From Macrostomum hystrix (taxonomy: Eukaryota > Animalia > Platyhelminthes): 64,000 nt of DNA. The translations under genes and the position numbers were made by a program. Positions 12,506 through 25,376 of this stretch are shown one piece after another. Numbering within the stretch: the stretch's first letter is position 1; each line of letters starts with the position of its first letter. Under the pieces are notes generated by a model that saw only the letters and a list, made by a program, of their open reading frames with translations, did not search any database and was not told the origin of the DNA. The DNA lies in contig CATNEN010000007.1 of NCBI GenBank assembly GCA_950097015.1, positions 1,364,001-1,428,000 of the forward strand, in the 5' to 3' direction.

Positions 12506-14127
12506 GCTTGTACTGGGTTCGATACGCGCGAATGTACAAATAAGAATTGACTGCGGCTTCGGATAAATCAGATAATTGAGTGTCAGTTTCTCGTTGCCTT
12601 CTTCTTTATTATATGGCAAACGGGTAGCCCAAATTTGAACACGAGGCTAACGTGTGATGGATAAAAACTATGGCTAAAGCAGCTCACACTGACGCGCCAA
12701 CCCCGAATTTGCAACTGTTCTATTTTTAGCCACATTACAAACGCCCTCTTGCTATGACGACCTTCATTTCGGAGTGTACACTGGTGTACATTGATTGAGG
12801 GGGTGTGCGATTGTCTCCAGAACATTTTTCTCCTTCACGCCCCTGTCGCGTGTCTGGAAGAAATCGCGGTTTTTCAAGGCAGAGGCGAATATAGTAAATG
12901 AAGAGAGTTGGCTGTACATTTGTACACGCCCTCCTATTTGCTTTGTAAGGTCTGAATCATATTTCAGCTACGAAAGGACAGGAAAAAGGTTGACAATAAG
13001 GGCTAATCTATATAGCATATATAAATAGCATACTGTGAATAGAAAATGCAATTGGTTTCCCTTAATTCCTAATCTTATCTCCGAATCGCAGTATAAGCTA
13101 CACTATGCTGTCATAAATACAGAAATACAGAAACCTGTTCCGTGTCTAACAGGCCACTCACCTCTTCTGTGTCTAACAGGTCACCCGTGTCTTTGTTAGT
13201 CGCTCAGATAAGGAAACTTTCTCGTAGAATAAATCACGGAGAATGAGTATCCCTAACGATGAAATTGGTACAAAGATATTTCGAATAAGAATACTGTTAG
13301 CTATGTTTGTTTGTCAGAAAAAAGTACCGAAGTTCCAGACACACTACTTTTAAGTTTTGTTTAAGTAGTTTATGTCGCAAGTGAGGAGACAAGTCAATCA
13401 CACAATTTTGCTTCTTTCTACTCTTTTTCTTCAGAAAGAAGAAAATTTCTGAAATAACCTACCTTTTATGACCTTTTCTTAGTCTAAGCCTATTCATGTA
13501 GCTGATAATGTGTACCCAGATACCGCATAGCGACAGAGCTAGGTCTCAGATTAAATTTCAACAAATTTCGCTCCAAAACTGCAGCCAATATAGACTAAAC
13601 AGCAGCAATAGCTATAGACTTAAGCTTAACTTTACACTTACTAATTACAGCCATTTGAGTTTGGCTTACAAAATTTGTGGCATTCATCTGATTATTGATA
13701 ATCGAGCTTGCAAAATGCGACACTGATTTGACCGATTTATTGTTGTGGGAAATCGACAGAAGCTATTAATGCATGCTAGTGATATGACAACTTGGGGTAC
13801 CGATTATCAAGGTGAATTGCTTTGATCAATTATATAAGAAGCATTATAACAATAATATAATAATTTGACTGGCAAAAGTGGTCTCTAAACCACAGGCTAG
13901 AGCTAACTACAGTATTCATTTAGCCACCTAAATCTCTGAATTGAGCAGGTAAAGCAAGACTTTTGTATAAAATGGAATTTAGAATATTAATTAGCTCTTT
14001 AATATAATATATAGCCAGGTAAAAGGGCTTCATTCGTGTTCAAATGGTGCACGTAGATTAATTAGCATATTGTTTGAAAGCAGACACGTCGACTCCTAGA
14101 ATACTATTCTCGAGAAATATTATTGCT

Positions 14128-15410
14128 CTCAAGAAATCTCAGTCTCTAGAAATCACAGTCTCTAGAAATCTCAGTCTCAAGAAATCTCACAGTCTCAAGA
14201 AATCTCACAGTCTCTAGAAATCTTAGTCTCAAGAAATCTCAGTCTCAAGAAATCTCACAGTCTCAAGAAATCTCAGTCTCAAGAAATCTCACAGTCTCAA
14301 GAAATCTCAGTCTCTAGAAATCTCAGTCTCTAGAAATCACAGTCTCTAGAAATCTCAGTCTCAAGAAATCTCAGTCTCAAGAAATCTCACAGTCTCTAGA
14401 AATCTTAGTCTCAAGAAATCTCAGTCTCAAGAAATCTCACAGTCTCAAGAAATCTCAGTCTCAAGAAATCTCACAGTCTCAAGAAATCTCACAGTCTCTA
14501 GAAATCTTAGTCTCAAGAAATCTCAGTCTCAAGAAATCTCACAGTCTCAAGAAATCTCAGTCTCAAGAAATCTCACAGTCTCAAGAAATCTCAGTCTCTA
14601 GAAATCTCAGTCTCTAGAAATCACAGTCTCTAGAAATCTCAGTCTCAAGAAATCTCAGTCTCAAGAAATCTCACAGTCTCTAGAAATCTTAGTCTCAAGA
14701 AATCTCAGTCTCAAGAAATCTCACAGTCTCAAGAAATCTCAGTCTCTAGAAATCTCAGTCTCTAGAAATCTCAGTCTCAAGAAATCTCACAGTCTCTAGA
14801 AATCTTAGTCTCTAGAAATCTCACAGTCTCTAGAAATCTTAGTCTCTAGAAATCTCAGTCTCAAGAAATCTCAGTCTCTAGAAATCTCAGTCTCAAGAAA
14901 TCTCACAGTCTCAAGAAATCTCAGTCTCTAGAAATCTCAGTCTCTAGAAATCTCAGTCTCTAGAAATCTCAGTCTCTAGAAATCTCAGTCTCAAGAAATC
15001 TCACAGTCTCAAGAAATCTCAGTCTCTAGAAATCTCAGTCTCAAGAAATCTCACAGTCTCAAGAAATCTCACAGTCTCTAGAAATCTTAGTCTCTAGAAA
15101 TCTCACAGTCTCTAGAAATCTTAGTCTCTAGAAATCTCAGTCTCAAGAAATCTCAGTCTCTAGAAATCTCAGTCTCAAGAAATCTTAGTCTCTAGAAATC
15201 TCAGTCTCAAGAAATCTCAGTCTCAAGAAATCTCAGTCTCTAGAAATCTTAGTCTCTAGAAATCTCAGTCTCTAGAAATCTCAGTCTCTAGAAATCTCAG
15301 TCTCAAGAAATCTCAGTCTCTAGAAATCTCAGTCTCTAGAAATCTCAGTCTCTAGAAATCTCAGTCTCTAGAAATCTCAGTCTCTAGAAATCTCAGTCTC
15401 TACTCAGTCT
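14128..15410. repeat. 16/18 bp minisatellite (AGAAATCTC[AC]AGTCTC[T/A])
   Basis: About 1.3 kb of mixed 16 and 18 bp units directly visible. Confidence 0.97.
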
Positions 15411-15904
15411 CAACTGAGATTTGCTTTTTAAGCAACATGAGCTTAAAAACTCGCGGGACGAGAAACTTTCGCGAGGGATAGTGTTTGGAGCTTGCACAGA
15501 GCAAATAATTGAGCACTTTTTGCTCATATTTGGCATTGCTTAATTTGGCTCTCTCTAAAATACATTATGAACGACGCTGTTTAAAACATTCCTTCAATAA
15601 TGCTTTAAGAGCAACGGAGTCCCAGCAACGGCAGCAGGAGCGGAGTTCTGATAACAGGAGAACTGTGGGGTCACAGAAATAACTGCTTTAAGTTCGCCAG
15701 CCTTCTAATTCGCCTTTCGCCATTCTAAAAACATGCCGCAAGCCAGACAGGCACACACAACTGTTGCTTGCGTTAGAGATAATGGGTGGAACAAATGCTT
15801 TATCTGAATTTCACGCGCAGTTGGCCACAGCTCTGACTTTGTGGGGCCAAGTTTGTGAAAAGCGAGCTAGCAGAAGTGCTGCTATAAGCTGACCGCTTTT
15901 CACG

Positions 15905-16270
15905 ACTCTAACAGGTGATTTTTTGTGTCTAACAGGTGATTCTTGGTGTCTAACAGGTGATTCTTGGTGTCTAACAGGTGACTCTTGGTGTCTAACAGGT
16001 GATTCTTGGTGTCAACAGGTGATTCTTGGTGTCTAACAGGTGATTCTTGGTGTCTAACAGGTGATTCTTGGTGTCTAACAGGTGATTCTTGGTGTCTAAC
16101 AGGTGATTCTTGGTGTCTAACAGGTGATTCTTGGTGTCTAACAGGTGATTCTTGGTGTCTAACAGGTGATTCTTGGTGTCTAACAGGAGATTCTTGGTGT
16201 CTAACAGGTGATTCTTGGTGTCTAATACGTGATTCTTGGTGTCTAACAGAAAATCATTTGTGTCTAACAA
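15905..16270. repeat. 21 bp minisatellite (GGTGTCTAACAGGTGATTCTT)
   Basis: About 17 units; periodic ORFs 15992-16339 and 16006-16320 are by-products. Confidence 0.96.
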
Positions 16271-17029
16271 GTTACTCATACTTAGTTTATAAAGTTGTTT
16301 TACAAAAGCGCAACTTGTAATTAAATGAACACAAAACACAGCTATATTTGATCTGTACGCTGGTCAGTACTCAATACGAATTAAAAAAATTGTGAAACAC
16401 AATAATCACCAAAGAGCAACGTAATGTACGATCGTAAGTTTCCATCTCTATGGCGAAAGCAGCGACTGAAAAATAGCTTTAAAGACTACTCATATATGGG
16501 GTTATATGGGGTGATAAAGACAAGATAAACAGGTAGACTTCAAGAGAGCATTTTGTAATTGGCCAGTTCTGACTAAACTAACAATGCAACACTAAATAAA
16601 TAGCGATAGTTTGATTAGAAACCTGAACTTTTAAATGAAACAAGCGTTATAACAAATCGATCAGAATTGACAAAAATTGCATTTTTTCAGGATTTTTCGA
16701 ATCAGTTATTTAAAATAGCAAAAAATTGACACAAAACTATTTGAATGAATATACGTAGATTTTCTAGAATCGCGGATTCTCTAATTACGGATTTCCCTCA
16801 AGGAGTTCCCTAGGATTTTCTAAAACGTCTTTTCTGAAATATGGTTTCCTGAAATCGCCAAAGCATGCTTTGGTCCAAAATGAGGACAATTCTATAAAAT
16901 CACTGCCTTCCATAAAATACTTTCCGGGCTAAGATTCGCCATTGTTGGGATTTTTTGAGTCAGGGATTTAAACAAAGTAAGCGTTTTCCCAAAAAAAATA
17001 AAATATGGATTTCTCTAAAGTCGCTTCCC

Positions 17030-17262
17030 TAAATGGGTTTCCCTAAAGGGGTTTCCCTAAAGGCGTTTCCCTAAAAGCGTTTCCCTAAAAGGGTTTCCCT
17101 AAAGGGGTTTCCCTAAAGGGGTTTCCCTAAAGGGGTTTCCCTAAAGTGGTTTCCCTAAAGGGGTTTCCCTAAAGGGGTTTCCCTAAAGGGGTTTCCCTAA
17201 AGGGGTTTCCCTAAAGGGGTTTCCCTAAAGGGGTTTCCCTAGAGGGGTTTCCCTAAAAGGGT
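17030..17262. repeat. 14 bp minisatellite (AAAGGGGTTTCCCT) within a degenerate GGATTTCCCT-rich region
   Basis: About 16 visible units. Confidence 0.93.
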
Positions 17263-18171
17263 TTCCCTAAAAGGGTTTTCTAAAGCGGGTTTTCCAAAAT
17301 CGGATTTCCCACAACGGGGGTTTCCTTAAGTCAGGATTTGATTTCCCCAGAAGGAAATCCATATTTAAGTAAGATGGACTTCCTTAAAAAAGCGATTTTC
17401 CGGGTTACGATTCGACCTTTATAGGATTTCTTCATTCTGGTAATGCAATTATCTCGTAAAAAAGGATTTTAGGAATAAAGTTTTCTTAAATAAGCACACA
17501 CTTAAATCGATAGATAATAAAAGATCTAAAAAATTATTGTGAGCTAGTAAAAAACTTACAACTGACTATTACGGCACACTATTGCAATTAGTACTGCAGG
17601 TAGAAAGATCAGGCAAGATACAGTTAAATAAAGTGATAAAAAATCAATCAAAGCCTACGAAAGTATGTGAAATATTTATTTTCTGGCAAAATTTCATAGC
17701 ACTAAAATTGTGCAAAATTGCGGTAGCAAATGGAACAGAAGACAGGCCGAAAATGGTTCCTTATATCCAGAAAGTCGTAACTTGTTCAAGCGCGTCTTAA
17801 AGTACATGAAAAAGAAACTATTTGAGCAGAACTCAAGCTATTGGACCGGCAATATTTAGTTTTTGTTTTTCTTACTTTCGACTTTATATAAATTATTAGA
17901 ATCGCATTTTTAATTCGAATTGGCGCAAAAAAGCCATCCCTGACGCGAGTCCGAATTGAAGAATTTTAAGTACGCCCTCGTCACAAAAAAAGTTGGCGTC
18001 GATTTGAATTTCTAATATATAAGTAAAAATGAATTCGTCAATTGAGCAAATTAACGTACCGCCTGGCTGGACGAATTACAAGCCATCGGAGAACGGGGCT
18101 CAGATGGCTTGCAATTAATTATCGTAGGTGACGAACACTTACGAAACATTCGACATTGTAGAGGCCGCCAT

Positions 18172-20438
18172 CTAGATGCCGCCTGTGCCGCCAGTCTCGC
18201 CTAGAAGCGATCGTCGATTGTCCATCAGGGTGGGCTGAGCGCGAATGCCCGGCAGCAGCTCGCGCGGCACTTTGTCGTAATAGAGCTGCAGGATGTCACG
18301 GTCGGCTGGGCAGCTGGTGCGGAATGCGGGGCAGTCCGTGTACATGCCCAGCAGGTAGTCCTGCAGGTGGCGCAGCTCCTCCGGGATCACGAAGCCGCGA
18401 TAGAACTGCCACGGGATGGATTAGGGGCGGTTGGCAGATTAAGGATCGAGGATTAGAGATTAGACATGGAGGATGATGAATTGGTTGGGCGGTTGATGAA
18501 TTGGTTGGGCGGTTGATGGATTTGGTAGGGCGGGTGATGGATTAGGTAGGTCGGGTGATGGATTAGGTAGGGCGGGTGATGGATTAGGTAGGTCGGGTGA
18601 TGAATTAGGTAGGGCAGGTGATGGATTAGGTAGGGCGGGTGATGGATTAGGAAGGGCAGGTCATGGATTAGGTAGGGCGGGTGATGGATTAGGTAGGTCG
18701 GGTGATGGATTAGATAGGGCGGGTGATGGATTAGGTAGGGCGGGTGATGGATTAGGTAGGTCGGGTGATGGACTTGGCAGGCCGGGTGTTGGATTAGGTA
18801 GGGCGGGTGATGGATTAGGTAGGGCGGGTGATGGATTAGGTAGGGCAGGTGATGGACTTGATAGGGCAGGTGATGGACTTGGTAGGGCAGGTGATGGATT
18901 AGGTAGGTTGTGTGTTTATTTATCTTGTCGGGTGTTTATTGAGCAGGGTGGGTGTTTATTAGGTAGGTCGTGTGTTTATTAGTTAGGGCGTGTGTTTATT
19001 AGTTAGGGCGTGTTGTGTTTATTATGTAGGGCGGGTTTTTATTAGGTAGGGCGGGACACTAGTGGCAGGGACTCTAGTGTTTAAGATCTCTTAGAGCAGG
19101 CTAAATTGATTCTCACCTCTCCAGCCAGCCTCACGTGATGCAGCTTGGGCATGAGTTGGCAGTCAGCGTAGGTGATCTCATTCGATAGGAGATAGCGGCA
19201 GGGTCGAAGGCCCAGGAAATTGTCGATCCGACGCAGCGAACTGATCAGCGGGCCGCGGTTATCCGTCTTTAGCATCAGGCTGAAGTCCTTGTACAGATCG
19301 CAGATGGCCTTCTCGGCGCTGGCTTCATCGCGCGAATCCCTCGGCAGGGCCAGGTTGGGGCACCCCCAGAAAGCCATGAGCTGCTCGATCTCGTCGTTGG
19401 TGTCGGCTGCTTCGACGAGCCATTTTTCGCTGATTGGAGCGAAGCCGCGTTTGATCACGCTGGCCACAGGTAGTCGCCGGCTAACATTCAGAGCCAAGTA
19501 GGACTCCGGCGGCACATCCGGGTTGACTGTGGTGACAAACAGCTCGATGTACTTTTTCTCTGCCAGAATGTAGAAGGCCATGAACCATTGCTGGCTGATT
19601 GGGCAGGAGCCCTTCTCTTCCCGGGAGATCTGGGACGCCTGTGGTTATTTTTTGTCCCTCATTTAGCATTTTTTACTAGATATGCAAATAATGTGAGTAA
19701 TAAAAATGTAAAAAATGTATTAAAATGGTTCAGAACATGCAACATATGAATTTTTATTAAGTTTTTATTCTCACAATAGCTACATAAAGCATTTACATAG
19801 TAATTTCCATGCATGATGTGCCAGTACCATAGGAAACTGGAACTCATAATATTTAATAAAATGCCTTCTTTTTTATATCGACAATTGATTTATTTAAATG
19901 TATCTATCTTTAAACAAATGTTATTTTTTTAACTTCAAGTGAAATATTTTATGAACAGTTTATTAAAACTTACAAAAGGTAATAACACGCTTACAATTCA
20001 TATACCCAATTTCTTCTAAATTATTTTATATTTCAAAGTTAAGAGTTGATTCGCAACTAAAAAGTATGTGAAACAGTTAATAATATATTTTAAGAATAAC
20101 TAAATCCAGGATATACAACAAGAACGTCTACAGCTAACTATAATAGCGACACTGGCTATCCATTGCCCAGCACACGAAATAAAAGGACATACATAAAAGA
20201 AAAATACAATATAAAAATCTAACAAACGTTGCATACAATAAAATTCTAACATAATAAATTTTACTTTAATAAATTTTTAATAATGTTAATAAAAATCTAA
20301 CAAACGTTAGAAGGCAACAAAAATGTTAAATATCATGATATATTTGCTTACCTTTATAAATAGCTCAATATGTGGGATTTCATTGCCCTCACTACCATTT
20401 AGATTTGCGGTCGAGATTTCTTCTGTTGTTAATGCCAT
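18172..20438 (-). CDS. CLIC: Chloride intracellular channel (CLIC / GST-fold) family protein, 280 aa; exons 20438-20352, 19638-19117, 18405-18172
   Basis: MALTTEE..PHIELFIK / ASQISREEKGSCPISQQWFM..VTTVN..YLLSNEITYADCQLMPKLHHVRLAGE / FYRGFVIPEEL..AFRTSCPADRDILQLY; CLIC hallmarks IELF.K, CP.SQ, YAD C.L.PKLH, CP.D..I; all junctions GT-AG, phase 0. Confidence 0.93.
18420..19050. repeat. G-rich ~21 bp minisatellite (GGTGATGGATTAGGTAGGGCG) in CLIC intron 2
   Basis: Visible tandem units grading into a GTGTTTATT variant towards 19050. Confidence 0.92.
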
Positions 20439-20821
20439 GCTTCTTACGAATTTGCTTCGTTTGCTAAGAGCGTACGTGTTTCTAAAAAACGATGCCTCCT
20501 TTAAACTTAGTTTATCTATTTTCGAATATAAAAAACTTATTTGAGAATCAAAACCTGGAATGAGAAACCCATTCACAATTTAAAGTCGCGGCTAATTTCA
20601 AGTTTACATTGGTATTGTCGTTATAACAAATTAGAAAGAGTGACATTATTAGTTATCATTACTAAGATATTAACTTCAGTATTCAAAAGCTTTATTATGT
20701 AAATAAACTATTTTACATGCTCTACAGCTAATAAAATCTCAAAGCTTTATGTCAACGGTTTTGCGGAAATATAATGACTGCAAGCACATATTCCCTCAGA
20801 TCCTCAGGCTGAGCACATATT

Positions 20822-20965
20822 CAGTGGCGTAGCGAGGGGGGTATCGGCCGACACCCCAAAATTTGATGTCTCTTCGAAAGAAATGAATTAATTGTTTTTT
20901 TATTCTGGATACGCTGGATAGAACCAAAACCGATGTCCCCAAAAGAAATCCTGGCTACGCCGCTG
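20822..20965. mobile_element. 144 bp hAT-type MITE
   Basis: TIRs CAGTGGCGTAGC / GCTACGCCGCTG (1 mismatch); perfect 8 bp TSD CACATATT at 20814-20821 and 20966-20973. Confidence 0.88.
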
Positions 20966-21264
20966 CACATATTTAAGCATAATTAATATAAACTTAAAAT
21001 AGACTACTTCTGCTTATTTGTATTATATATTTTCTATATATATTTAATATGTATATTGTATATACAGAATATTATATTTAAAACAGTTAAGCCAGATTTG
21101 CAGCCGATGGCGCAGCCAAAGCTATTGCGCGGGGGCTCCAAAATGCGAAGCTTATATTTAATTAGTCCCATTGACTGAGGGGGCCCCTCTGACAGCCACA
21201 TATCTAACCAAATTTCTAAACCAGCAGATTTTTTACTACACATTTTGCAACTGGTTGAACTGAA

Positions 21265-21340
21265 GCATTGGGGATTGAGCGTCTCGCTCAAGGACAACTT
21301 TTTGCTCTGGACTGAGATTCGAACTGCCGGCCTGTTAGCT
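21265..21340 (-). mobile_element. Possible tRNA-derived SINE fragment
   Basis: Minus strand has a B-box-like GTTCGAATC next to a CCTTGAGCGAGACGCT segment reminiscent of SINE bodies; short and degenerate. Confidence 0.3.
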
Positions 21341-23972
21341 AAAAAAAAAGTCCGAAGCTCGAATTGCTCCCATTGAAGCCAAAGCTTTCAGACAAATTAG
21401 AGACGTAGACAAGTTCACGATATTCTTTTGTCACTTTTCCTTTAATTACTTTCTTCTTCATTTAATTTCAAAGAGAATTGCTATTGAATTGACGGCTCAG
21501 TTGCTGGTTAAACAAAAAGTTGGCAGAAAGTTAAACGGATAGAACATATAGAAAACAGATAGAACAGAGAAGTTAAACAGAGGGCTCTCTTGACTGGTTA
21601 GCAAGTTCTTTTCATTTAGATTTAATTTTTTTCGTGAAAATACATGTGCAAAAATACGTCTGCAGCAGACAAAACGAAGAGAAAAATGTCTAACTAATCA
21701 GTAACAAAATAATTATCGACAAGAAGCCTTCAAGTACAGTTGCCTTTCGCGAGGCGCCAGCTCGCGGCCGCCGGCTAGCCGACACTTCCACTAGTCAAAA
21801 AATACTCGGCTAGCCGGGTGAATCCATGTGGACCCACGGGGGGGTAGGGGGTAGGGGGTAGACTTCCGATAAATTTTACATGGATCATGCTACTCGTCTA
21901 CTGCAAGTAGAAAGTATGAAATATGAAGTATGTAACTGGCTATCTAAATATTTTTCCTTTGCACTGATAATCATTTATTTCCAAACATATAGGCAAGCAA
22001 ACCACAGTTCATACTAATTAATACAATACAACTAAAGCTGAATGAGTTTAGATGGGACTTACTGATTAAGTGGATTTTACGTGTAATAGATATATGACGC
22101 TTTTCTATCGTGCTAAGTAAGAACCAAGAAGTGATCACCCCGTCTCAAACAAATGATACTTCCACCTTAACAGCGAGGGCTTAATGGCTTATCAGAAGCC
22201 AGAACTAAAATTACAACACATCCACTGTATAAAATGGCTATAAAACGAAATAATTAGTAAATATTTAGCATCACAATAAAATATCGGATCAAAAAAACTC
22301 ATTAGTAAAAATAATACGGAAAAAATTCGAACCCCCCTCGTAACACTCAAACAGAGCGCTCTCTCTATCAACACGCCACACAGGTTGAGTTATACATGCA
22401 TAGAAAGACATATTTATACTAGTTATAAGACAAAAACAAAATCAAATTATATTTATTTTAATTTTAAATTACTCATATTTATATAACTTGGTTGCTAGAT
22501 TATATTGGCTTTATTTTTGACGGCGGGCAGTTAATTAAAAAATTAAATTAAAGCTGTTTTACCCAGCTCTCCAACCCGTAAAATAGGCTTTTCATTCTAC
22601 CCAGAAATCAGAATCAGTCATTCATTCTACCCAGAATTCCAGAACCAGAATCAGTTCTAAAATTCCAGAAAGTATAGCGGTATAACTCTACAGTGCCTTA
22701 AAAGAAACGAAACAGAAACAAGTAAGACTGATTATGTACTCGTAATTATTTATGACAATGATCCGAATAAGGTATTAGCAAAAAATAGCTCGCTGTGGGT
22801 CTAGTGTCACTAAATGATGTGCCATTGCCCGCAGTCCTTCTGCAATCATTCTCAATATAATTGTATTCATTTGTCTATAGAATTCGTCACTTTTTTAGTG
22901 TTACATGGAAAGAAAGAATTGTATTTTTATAAATACTCTTTTTACATGTCAAAAACGAGTCTGAATAGTCCGGATTTTACGTCAATTTCATAACTTTACG
23001 TGCGTATGGTATAACAAATAATTATACAGAACTAAGTATGCGCATTAAAAAAGTGTATTAGTACTTCTCAAAAAAAGATTTTCTTAGTTACGTTGTAGTA
23101 TAATTTTTTATTTAAGTTTTTATTCAATAGTTTAGAATTGTTTAAATAAAAAACGCGCCCTAATGCGCTGCGCCACCAAACTAGTTTAGTTGGTATTTTA
23201 CACTTAGGATATCATTACATCCATAACAGATTGTACTTTACTGTGTCTAGAGAAGGTATTTTTTAAAGTTACTTTGTCAATTTAAGTATTGAAATTTTCT
23301 ATTAATTTTTTTATAACAAAGGTTATAACAAATGTTTTTTCGTTTTAAATTTAGTTACTAGTACTACTTATGCCAGCAAATCGAAATCCCAATCCAATTG
23401 TTTTGATTTTCAACATTTATTAACTGACACAATGAAAATGTTACATGTAAAGTTAATAATAGATGTTAGTTAAAACCTAAGACTAAACTACTAAGAGTGT
23501 TACTAATGCAACTTATATCCAAATTATCAGTCAGTGGTCTGGCTGACTAGCTAAATTTTTTAAACCAAAATGATAATTGCTATAAAGTATAGACTTCAAG
23601 TTTTTAATACATTTTAACTTTGCTTGCTTTTTGGGCTTCTTGAACTTTGACTTACTAGACTTAGCTGCAGGGTGGTCCATGGACCCAGCGGGGAGGCGAG
23701 GGTCTCTTGAACTTTAGGTCTATATAAAATAGTTCTTGTTTTGATAGGATGATAAATCTGTGGCTACTAAGGCTTTTTGATGTGCTGATTTCATTTTTAA
23801 TCAGATTTGTTATAGCTTTAACCCCCTACCATGCCATAGTCAGAAAAGTGGTAGAGTGCATGTCAAAACAATTTTTTGCTCCTCCCAAAATTGTACAACG
23901 TTACTACCTGCCTTGCAACAATAATAATTAATATACCTGGCATAAATAATGTGGTGTGGAATTTTTCATAAT

Positions 23973-24455
23973 GGCAGTGCTTATCCCCATGGTACTGTAG
24001 AAATAATTTTTGTCTTTTTCCTACGGTACCGTGGGAATAATTTCCTGCTTATCCGCACGGCACACTGATAAGATAGCTGTCCTAATCATCTATCTTTTTA
24101 TCGTGACTGCAATTTTTTTTTCTTCCGGTTTTTAAAAGCAAGTAAACAAATAAAAGTTTTCTGCTTTTTTGCAATTAGTTAACCAATACGGTGGCTTTTT
24201 AAGTATATAAAATATATATTGCTATTATTTATATATTTAAAAGAATACAACTGAAGTGTGTATTTTTATAATCTTATAGCTCAAGCCTTCTAAGCCTATA
24301 ATCCAGTCTATTTCTTTACGCATCTCTGGAGCTATGTTGAAGATAGGACAGCTATCTCATCAGTGTGCCGTGCAGATAAGCAGGAAATTATTCCCACTGT
24401 ACCGTAGGAATAAGACAAAAATTATTTCTACGGTACCGTGGGGATAAGCACTGCC
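23973..24455. mobile_element. 483 bp MITE, ~120 bp TIRs, 9 bp TSD; absent from the paralogous site
   Basis: GGCAGTGCTTATCCCCA..TGGGGATAAGCACTGCC; TSD TTTCATAAT at 23964-23972 and 24456-24464; single TTTCATAAT (empty site) at about 48534-48542. Confidence 0.93.
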
Positions 24456-24950
24456 TTTCATAATTGTCTTTGGCCATAACCAGCTCGGCAGCATCCAAAG
24501 AGCAGAAAGAATCGCAGCTACATTTCTAACCTTTATTAGTGACTTCAATCAGGCAATATTTCCAAGCTTCCAACTTCCAAGCATTCTGTAGCATTTTTTA
24601 CTGGATTTGTCACTACTACCCTGTGGCTATATAACAGCCAAGTAAACTAAACTAACCTGAACTGAACTGAATTGAACTGAATTGTTACGAATACTATAAA
24701 CTGAATTGTTTCTGCACTGCACTTTTTGTTTCATTTAGCGCAATTTTAAATTTATTCATAAAAATAATTTTGCAAACAAAAGTAAATTTATGCCATGCGC
24801 TTGTACACCTTTTTATAGAACAGCAACCCTTTTGTGACATAATATTCTCACTAGGCCCTACCCCTATAATATTTTTATATTATTATGGTACAGGCATACA
24901 TAATACAAGAGTTACAAGATGAAATAAGATTATTATGGTCAGTACTGATT

Positions 24951-25376
24951 ATATTATAAGAAATTGAGATTATCAAACCAAAAAAAGAAACAAAGGAAAT
25001 TTAAATTTAAATTAACTCAAATTTTAAAGCATAAAGTAGGCACTAAAGCTTCGTATTTCAGTTTGAGTCTTAAATTAAAGTGCATAAGAAATAGTGCAAT
25101 AAAATGGTTTTATTTTGTAATTCTAATTTTTTTCTTACACACAGATGGTTCTAACTGGTGCCAATATTATAAGAAATTGAGATTATCAAACCAAAAAAAG
25201 AAACAAAGGAAATTTAAATTTAAATTAACTCAAATTTTAAAGCATAAAGTAGGCACTAAAGCTTCGTATTTCAGTTTGAGTCTTAAATTAAAGTGCATAA
25301 GAAATAGTGCAATAAAATGGTTTTATTTTGTAATTCTAATTTTTTTCTTACACACAGATGGTTCTAACTGGTGCCA
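24951..25376 (+). repeat. 213 bp tandem duplication specific to copy 1
   Basis: 24951-25163 repeated at 25164-25376; single in copy 2 (about 49030-49240). Confidence 0.92.

Noticed and set aside
11183-12550. Plus-strand ORFs 11183-11488, 11642-11956, 11739-12029, 12356-12550
   Set aside because: Antisense shadows of the GC-rich BCKDK exons.
12506-12619. Extended N-terminus of BCKDK from the ORF track
   Set aside because: AT-rich, non-homologous; MSRAS at 12505 begins a plausible mitochondrial targeting peptide.
17030-17262. Telomere-like CCCTAAA motif
   Set aside because: CCCTAAA alternates with GGGGTTT on the same strand inside a 14 bp unit and grades into degenerate flanks; not a telomeric tract.
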